A DNA stretch of 43,572 nt from Trueperaceae bacterium (GTDB lineage Bacteria > Deinococcota > Deinococci > Deinococcales > Trueperaceae): NCBI GenBank assembly GCA_040905465.1, contig JBBDRK010000031.1, forward strand, positions 1 to 43,572, in the 5' to 3' direction. How positions within the stretch are numbered: the first letter of the stretch is position 1; each line of letters opens with the position of its first letter. Under the pieces are notes generated by a model that did not search any database, was not told the origin of the DNA, and worked only from the letters and a program-made list of their open reading frames with translations. Of the stretch, positions 37,921-43,572 are shown piece after piece. The translations under genes were made by a program, and so were the position numbers.

Positions 37921-38874
37921 ATGAGTGGTATCGCCCGCTACGCCATCGTGCGACTCGTCTCCCTCATTCCCGTCCTCTTTATCGTGGCGCTGGTGGCATT
38001 CGCACTGCTGCGCCTCATGCCGGGAGACCCGGCAACCGCAATGTTGCCCGTCGATGCACCGCTCTGGCAGATCGAGATGCTTCGCACGCAACTTGCGCTC
38101 GATCAACCCCTGCCCATCCAGTTCTACAGGTTCATCACGCGGCTGGCCAGCGGTGACCTGGGAGCCTCGCTGTTCTTCCGCCTTCCCGTTATCGAGCTGA
38201 TAGCCCTTCGTTTCGAGTCGACACTGATACTTGCGCTGACCTCACTGGCACTGGCCATGGCAGTGGGCATTCCGATCGGCGTATGGGCCGCCGATCGCCG
38301 CGGCACCCTCCTCGACCAGTCGCTCATGGCCACCTCGCTCATCGGCGTATCGGTACCGAACTTCTGGCTCGGGCTGATGCTGATACTGGCGTTCGCGGTC
38401 GAGCGTCGCTGGTTCCCGGTCACCGGCTGGGTTTCCATAACCGATGACCCGGTGCAGACAATGCGATTCCTGGTGCTACCCACCATCGCTCTCGGGATGT
38501 CGGTGGCCGCCAGCATCGCCCGGATGTCCCGCTCCACCATGCTCGAGGTGCTGTCTCAAGATTACGTTCGGACCGGCCGCGCCAAAGGTGTCGCCCATCG
38601 CTCACTGTTGTACAAGCACTCGCTGCGCAATGCGATGATTCCGCTGATGGCAGCTATCGGCGTCAGCTTTTCGAGCCTTCTGGGAGGAGCGGTCGTCACG
38701 GAAACGGTGTTCAACATTCCCGGCCTCGGGTCGATGCTGGTGGACTCCGTCGCCCGACGCGACTTTCCAGTACTCCAGGCGCTTCTCCTACTGTTCGCGG
38801 CGACCAACGTCGTCGTCCACCTGTTTGTAGACCTGACCTACGTTCTATTCGATCCGCGGATCCAGTACGGATGA
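37921..38874 (+). CDS. Peptide/nickel-type ABC transporter permease (DppB-like)
   Basis: LMPGDP, GDLGASL, QDYVRTGRAKG, LGGAVVTETVF. Confidence 0.9.
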   Translation: MSGIARYAIVRLVSLIPVLFIVALVAFALLRLMPGDPATAMLPVDAPLWQIEMLRTQLALDQPLPIQFYRFITRLASGDLGASLFFRLPVIELIALRFESTLILALTSLALAMAVGIPIGVWAADRRGTLLDQSLMATSLIGVSVPNFWLGLMLILAFAVERRWFPVTGWVSITDDPVQTMRFLVLPTIALGMSVAASIARMSRSTMLEVLSQDYVRTGRAKGVAHRSLLYKHSLRNAMIPLMAAIGVSFSSLLGGAVVTETVFNIPGLGSMLVDSVARRDFPVLQALLLLFAATNVVVHLFVDLTYVLFDPRIQYG

Positions 38875-38905
38875 CGCTCCATCGGCGAGCCGGGGAGGCG
38901 GTACG

Positions 38906-39796
38906 ATGAATCCGGCGCTGCAGGGGCCGAAGCCGAGTTCGGTTGCACGAGCGGGACGTCGGGCACTGAGTCGTCTGTGGCGGGCGATGTACCGCAATCC
39001 GCTGATCGTAGCGTGTGTGCTCGTACTGGCGGCGATCATGCTGGCGGCGGTGTTCGCTCCGTTGCTGACTGAATACGAACCCAACGAGATCAACGTGCGC
39101 GACGCCTATGCCGTACCAGGAGGCGAGCACCTGCTCGGCACCGACGATCTTGGCCGCGACCTCTACAGCCGCATCCTCTACGGCGGGCGCGTCTCGCTCA
39201 TGATCGCCTTCGGCTCGGCGCTGGGTGCCGGGATCATGGGCATGATCGTCGGCCTACTCGCCGGCTACTTCAGGCGCCTCGACTCCCCGCTGATGCTTCT
39301 CATGGATGGGATGATGGCGTTCCCCAGCCTCGTTCTGGCGCTGGTAGTGGTAGCGCTGCTGGGACCGAACCAGTTCAACATCCTGCTCGCCCTGATACTG
39401 GTATTCGGGCCACCCATCGCTCGTGTGGTACGCAGTTCGGTGCTGGTGCTTCGCGAGCTGGCCTTCATCGAAGCCGCTCACGCAACCGCTATCCCGGCGC
39501 GGCGGATAATAATCCGCCACCTGATGCCGAACGCAATCGCCCCCTGGTTGGTCCAGGTCACTTTGATCCTCGCTTACGCCCTGCTCACCGAGGCCGGACT
39601 CAGCTTTCTCGGTGTCGGCGGGTCCACCTCCAATCCCAGCTGGGGCGGCATCATCTCCGAGGGGCGTCTCGTTCTCTCACGTGCCCCCTGGCTCACCCTC
39701 TACCCCGGTCTCACCATCGCTATCACCGTCCTGGCGGTAAACCTGGTGGCCGATGCACTGCGGGACCGACTCGATCCCCGGCTACGGGGGAGTTGA
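38906..39796 (+). CDS. Peptide/nickel-type ABC transporter permease (DppC-like)
   Basis: HLLGTDDLGRDLYSRILYGGRVSL, EAGLSFLG, DALRDRLDPR. Confidence 0.9.
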   Translation: MNPALQGPKPSSVARAGRRALSRLWRAMYRNPLIVACVLVLAAIMLAAVFAPLLTEYEPNEINVRDAYAVPGGEHLLGTDDLGRDLYSRILYGGRVSLMIAFGSALGAGIMGMIVGLLAGYFRRLDSPLMLLMDGMMAFPSLVLALVVVALLGPNQFNILLALILVFGPPIARVVRSSVLVLRELAFIEAAHATAIPARRIIIRHLMPNAIAPWLVQVTLILAYALLTEAGLSFLGVGGSTSNPSWGGIISEGRLVLSRAPWLTLYPGLTIAITVLAVNLVADALRDRLDPRLRGS

Positions 39797-39865
39797 GCCG
39801 GCAGCTCGGACCGGCGCGCCGAATCCTTACCCGGACGGCGAAAGACGCTACCTGAAAGGCCAGTC

Positions 39866-41464
39866 ATGTTGATCGGTTATGTAAGTGATGAACGCTATTT
39901 GGCGCTGCACGACGTGAACGTAGAGTTCCTGCGCGGCGACGAGTCGGTCGCACGGGTTCGCTCCTCCCCCAGGGGCGCGATCTACGCCGATCTGCCCAAC
40001 GGTGACTACACCGTCGAGTTGGCTCGCGACGGAAATGGCGCAAAGAGCGTGTCCCTGAGCCTACCGCTGCCCGAGGCACACCAGTTCCGCCTTCTCTCCG
40101 ATAGCCTCTACGGCTACATGTGGCCCAAATGGGTCCGCTCCGGTGAAAGCGCCGAGTATTGCATTCACGCCAGTGAAGAGTGCCGGGTGAGCCTTTGGCG
40201 TTACGGACTCGAGAAGGAGTTCGTTCGCCTCATCAATTGGCACGGCGAGCATGGCCCACGGGCAAACGTGCAGGTCGTTCCCGACGGCGACTATACCCAG
40301 GCTGGTGTGCAGTGGAATCGGGTCGGCTACGACTCAAAACATCATTCCCTCCGCATAACCGCACCCGAACGATCCGGCCTCTACTACATCCATCTCGAGG
40401 GACGGTCCGGAGCATTTACCGCCCTCCCCTGGGTGGTGGCGCCGCGCTCGCCGCAGGCTCGCATCGCGGTGTTGGCCGCCACCAACACCTGGAATGCCTA
40501 CAACAACTTCGGCGGCCGCAGCAACTATATCCACCCAGACCGGCTGCCCGACCGGCCTACCATGAACGCCCGCCTCGAGCTCGACAGATACCGTCCCGGC
40601 TACAACGCTTACGGCCATCCTAACGATTCGTACTTGCCGTTGTCCTTCATGCGCCCAGAGCCCGGCAACTTCGTGCCTTTGGAGGACCGGATAACGGACG
40701 CGATCCGTGGCCGGAACGAGTGCGCCCTCTCGCCCGCCGAATGGCGGTTGCTCGGATGGCTCGAGCGCGAGGGTTTCGACTATGACCTGTGGGCTGAGGC
40801 GCATCTGCACCATGGTCAGCTGGATCTGGATGAATACCAGATTCTGATGATAAGCGTGCACCCGGAGTACTGGTCGGCGGAGATGTACCGGCAGGTGAAG
40901 AATTGGGTGATAGAGCGCGGCGGTCGGCTGATGTACCTGGGCGGGAACGGAATCGACGGGCCGGTGGAGTTCCTGGACGAGTCGACCCTCCGATTCCTGA
41001 ACCATGTTCCTGAGGACGCTTCGTTGCAACCGGGCGAGATCTTTCGAAATCGCTTCACGCAGGCGGTGGAGTCACCGGCGCAGCTGCTGGGCGTCGTTTA
41101 CGATGACCGCGGAATAATGACGGCGGCTCCTTACCGCGTGCTGGACGATCAGCACTGGGCCTTCAGCGGCAGCGGTCTCCACAACGGCGACCTGTTCGGA
41201 GTCACCTCGCTCGGTGAGCGCATCAGTGGAGGCGCATCCGGCCATGAGACGGACAAGGTCTCCCCGCTCTTCTCTCCTGCCGGGGTGGAGGTTCTCGCCA
41301 AAGGCACGAATCCCGACGATGGCGGGGCGGACATGATCTGCTACCGGTCCGCGTCCGGCGGCCGGGTTTTCTCTACGGGTTCGATTACCTACGTGGGGTC
41401 GTTGTTGGTCGACGACCCGCTATCGAAGGTAACGTCGAACGTGCTCAACAGGTTCCTCGACTGA
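39866..41464 (+). CDS. N,N-dimethylformamidase large (beta) subunit family protein
   Basis: SGLYY, TWNAYN, GRSNY, WLEREG, HPEYWS, YLGGN, GHETD, VFSTGSI. Confidence 0.8.
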   Translation: MLIGYVSDERYLALHDVNVEFLRGDESVARVRSSPRGAIYADLPNGDYTVELARDGNGAKSVSLSLPLPEAHQFRLLSDSLYGYMWPKWVRSGESAEYCIHASEECRVSLWRYGLEKEFVRLINWHGEHGPRANVQVVPDGDYTQAGVQWNRVGYDSKHHSLRITAPERSGLYYIHLEGRSGAFTALPWVVAPRSPQARIAVLAATNTWNAYNNFGGRSNYIHPDRLPDRPTMNARLELDRYRPGYNAYGHPNDSYLPLSFMRPEPGNFVPLEDRITDAIRGRNECALSPAEWRLLGWLEREGFDYDLWAEAHLHHGQLDLDEYQILMISVHPEYWSAEMYRQVKNWVIERGGRLMYLGGNGIDGPVEFLDESTLRFLNHVPEDASLQPGEIFRNRFTQAVESPAQLLGVVYDDRGIMTAAPYRVLDDQHWAFSGSGLHNGDLFGVTSLGERISGGASGHETDKVSPLFSPAGVEVLAKGTNPDDGGADMICYRSASGGRVFSTGSITYVGSLLVDDPLSKVTSNVLNRFLD

Positions 41465-41582
41465 GACGGGCGGTCCAGCCGCCAGCCCGGTAAAACCGAG
41501 CTGGTCGAGCAGGAAGACGTTCTAAGGCCAGCAGCAAGAACCGGTCGGCGGCGCAGGCAGGGCCTTGACCGGTGCCGGCAGT

Positions 41583-42512
41583 TCAGCCGGGAAGGCCGGT
41601 CGAGCCAGGAAGGACGTACAGACCCGGAAGGCGCGGCATCTCCAGGCGGAGTGTCATCTCCATGTTCCCGCAGGACTGCCCGATCCGCAGGTCTCCTGTG
41701 GCTCCGATCAGCATGAGCGCTTCGACCGGGCTGATCCGCATGCCGGCCTCCATCAGACGGAGCATATCGTCGACCGCCATACGGCGGGCCTCGCTGAAGT
41801 CGCGGCTCCAGCCGGTCGTCACGATCCGGTCGGCCGTCTCCAGGCGTGGACCCGGTAATGCGACGTTCTTATGTAGTTCGACCGCCACGGTGACATCGGC
41901 CGCAGTCTCCACGCCTCCGCAGCTGAGCTCGCCGTCACCCATTGCGGAGTGAACGTCGCCCAGGTAAAGCATTGCCCCTGCCACCTGGACGGGCAGGTAT
42001 ATACGCGTGCCGGTGGTAACCAGGATGCAGTCCAGGTTTCCTCCATTTACGCCTATGCTGCCCGACCTGGGGGAGTCGGCGTGGGCCACTCCGATCTCTC
42101 CGATCATCGGCCGTAACGGAAAGCTGATGCCGTTCTTCCAGTGAGCCAAGCCGTCGTGATTGGCGATGATCCCGATCTTGCGATCGGCGATTCGCCCATC
42201 GGGCACCACGTAGCCGAGGTCCGCCGCCGCCATGTATCCACGAGGGGCGAGCTCGATGCCCTGCACCTCGACCGACAGTACGTCTCCAGGCTCCGCCCCG
42301 GCGATTTCGATCGGTCCTGTGAGGGCGTTGGACCTACCGCCGGGCGGAGGCGGATATTCCTGCAGGGTGCCTGGCTCGCCTTTCAGGATGGCGCCCGATC
42401 TCGGATCCCTCGTCTCCACTACGACGATCTGTCCCGGCCGGATGGAGGCTCGCGGCGAGGTGGTGGGCGAGTAAGCGAACTCGCCGATGGAACGATCTAT
42501 ATGCGTCGACAT
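41583..42512 (-). CDS. Acetamidase/formamidase family protein
   Basis: LTGPIEIAGAEPGDVL, RPMIG, GGNLD, YLPVQV, GDVHSAMGDGE, GGVET. Confidence 0.9.
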   Translation of the reverse strand: MSTHIDRSIGEFAYSPTTSPRASIRPGQIVVVETRDPRSGAILKGEPGTLQEYPPPPGGRSNALTGPIEIAGAEPGDVLSVEVQGIELAPRGYMAAADLGYVVPDGRIADRKIGIIANHDGLAHWKNGISFPLRPMIGEIGVAHADSPRSGSIGVNGGNLDCILVTTGTRIYLPVQVAGAMLYLGDVHSAMGDGELSCGGVETAADVTVAVELHKNVALPGPRLETADRIVTTGWSRDFSEARRMAVDDMLRLMEAGMRISPVEALMLIGATGDLRIGQSCGNMEMTLRLEMPRLPGLYVLPGSTGLPG

Positions 42513-43210
42513 CAGCTTCGCTCACCTTTGACCTTCGTGCGCCGGGCAAGGAACTTCGCCGTTTTCAGGATGTGTTCGCGCATCGTCGCATCCGCCTTCT
42601 CCGGATCACCTGCTGCAATGGCTTCGAACACGGCTCTGTGTTCGCTGAAGCCTTCGACCATCTGCGTATGGTCGGACAGCGCCTGGGGCCGGGTAATCTC
42701 GTCGTAGCGGCGCATCACGGCCGACATCTGCTTTAGCGGATTGTTGCGGGCGACGTCGATAATTAGTCGATGGAACCTCTCGTTGGCGCGAACGGCCTCT
42801 GCAACATCCCGCCGGCTGGTGGACTCCTCCATCACCTCGAGCTGGGCGCGCAACTCGGAGAGGTCCTCGCTTGTTGCCTTGTTGGCTGCGAGGTAGGCCG
42901 CCGTTCCTTCGAGCGCCGCTCGGATGAGGCCGTATTCGGCGGTGATCGAGCCAATGCCCTCCGCTACGACGCTCCCCTTCATGGGCGCGGAGTCGACCAA
43001 ACCCTCCAGCGCGAGTCGTTGCAGAGCCGCCTTGACAGGCGTGGTACTAACGCCCATGAGCTTTGCCAACTCGCGCTCCTTGAGAGGCTCACCGGGAGCG
43101 AATACGCCCTCGAGGATTGCCTCTCTGAGCGTGTCCGCCGTCTTGTCGGTGATCGAACGGTGTTCGGTTCGCAACTGGCTGAGGTTCTTTGGTTTGGAAT
43201 TGGTCTGCAT
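42512..43210 (-). CDS. GntR family transcriptional regulator (FCD domain)
   Basis: PGEPLKERELAKLMGVSTTPVKAAL; NERFH, EHRAV, MREHI. Confidence 0.9.
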   Translation of the reverse strand: MQTNSKPKNLSQLRTEHRSITDKTADTLREAILEGVFAPGEPLKERELAKLMGVSTTPVKAALQRLALEGLVDSAPMKGSVVAEGIGSITAEYGLIRAALEGTAAYLAANKATSEDLSELRAQLEVMEESTSRRDVAEAVRANERFHRLIIDVARNNPLKQMSAVMRRYDEITRPQALSDHTQMVEGFSEHRAVFEAIAAGDPEKADATMREHILKTAKFLARRTKVKGERS

Positions 43211-43295
43211 CTAACCGGGTACCCCCGTCTCGTGGGATGGCCGAAGGCGGCGAGCGAAGCGCTCGAGACCGGGGGAGAGCCGAGGCCTTGCCATA

Positions 43296-43312
43296 TGCAA
43301 TATGATATCAGA
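43296..43312. promoter_or_regulatory. Operator copy between divergent gntR and malate synthase (unit 2, site 3)
   Basis: TGCAATATGATATCAGA, matching the sites at 27038 and 36245. Confidence 0.7.
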
Positions 43313-43392
43313 GGTATCAGCGCGGGCGCGCCACCATTCCTTGTTTCTGCGGCCGTGTGAGCGATCAGGCTTGCTGAACGGAGAGTTGAACG

Positions 43393-43572
43393 GTGACTGC
43401 ACCGCACGCCCACCCCAGGATCGTCAGCCAAGAGCTTACCCCGTCGTTCAGGGAAATACTCACTTCGGACGCGTTGAACTTCGTTGCAGGTTTGCAGCGA
43501 GAATTCGATCAGCGCCGTCGAGAGTTGTTGGCCGAGCGGGAGGTGCGTCAGGCGGCGATAGCTAAAGGTGAG
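43393..43572 (+). CDS. aceB: Malate synthase A, N-terminal fragment (runs off window)
   Basis: Not in ORF track. GTG 7 nt after GGAGAG; translates MTAPHAHPRIVSQELTPSFREILTSDALNFVAGLQREFDQRRRELLAEREVRQAAIAKGE, matching the ILT.EAL.F...L.R.F..RR.ELL.R..RQ..I..G pattern of malate synthase A. Confidence 0.8.
   Translation, partial: MTAPHAHPRIVSQELTPSFREILTSDALNFVAGLQREFDQRRRELLAEREVRQAAIAKGE

Noticed and set aside
43302-43565. 87-aa ORF in the track
   Set aside because: Wrong frame; the overlapping frame from 43393 has an RBS and a malate synthase pattern
1-43572. Mobile elements, tRNA/rRNA, riboswitches
   Set aside because: No transposase, integrase, terminal repeats or recognisable structured RNA seen by eye; an Infernal scan was not possible

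Overview
GC-rich bacterial DNA, possibly Deinococcota/Trueperaceae-like (weak inference from signal peptides ending in -AQ and a FrnE-type DsbA). Bases 1-14 kb are a mixed accessory/transport region. It holds an edge-truncated wHTH-like+NucS-type nuclease, two orphan ABC binding proteins, a RelE-type toxin-antitoxin pair, an intact VapC with only a C-terminal stub of its antitoxin, a sugar ABC importer, two Gfo/Idh/MocA dehydrogenases and FrnE. Bases 14.2-43.6 kb are a catabolic island made of two GntR-linked units that meet tail-to-tail at two close paralogues. Unit 1 (14.2-21.5 kb) encodes GntR, a dihydroorotase-like hydrolase, a divergent argininosuccinate-lyase-like C-N/C-S lyase, an atypical fumarate reductase/SDH (B-C-A, one anchor, no covalent-FAD His) and an amidohydrolase. 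Unit 2 (21.6-43.6 kb) encodes four Amidohydro_2 enzymes, four M19 dipeptidases, two MLE-like enolases with Lys->Tyr, a creatininase, a DHDPS-family lyase, DUF3830, DUF3604, a peptide-type ABC importer, a stand-alone dimethylformamidase-large-subunit homologue, a formamidase, GntR and the start of malate synthase A (missed by the ORF track). A 17-bp operator, TG(A/C)(A/G)ATATGATATnnnA, occurs at the three promoter regions of unit 2. This suggests one regulon that breaks down an unknown amide/N-heterocyclic substrate, possibly to glyoxylate. Family assignments come from motif recognition only; no searches were run.
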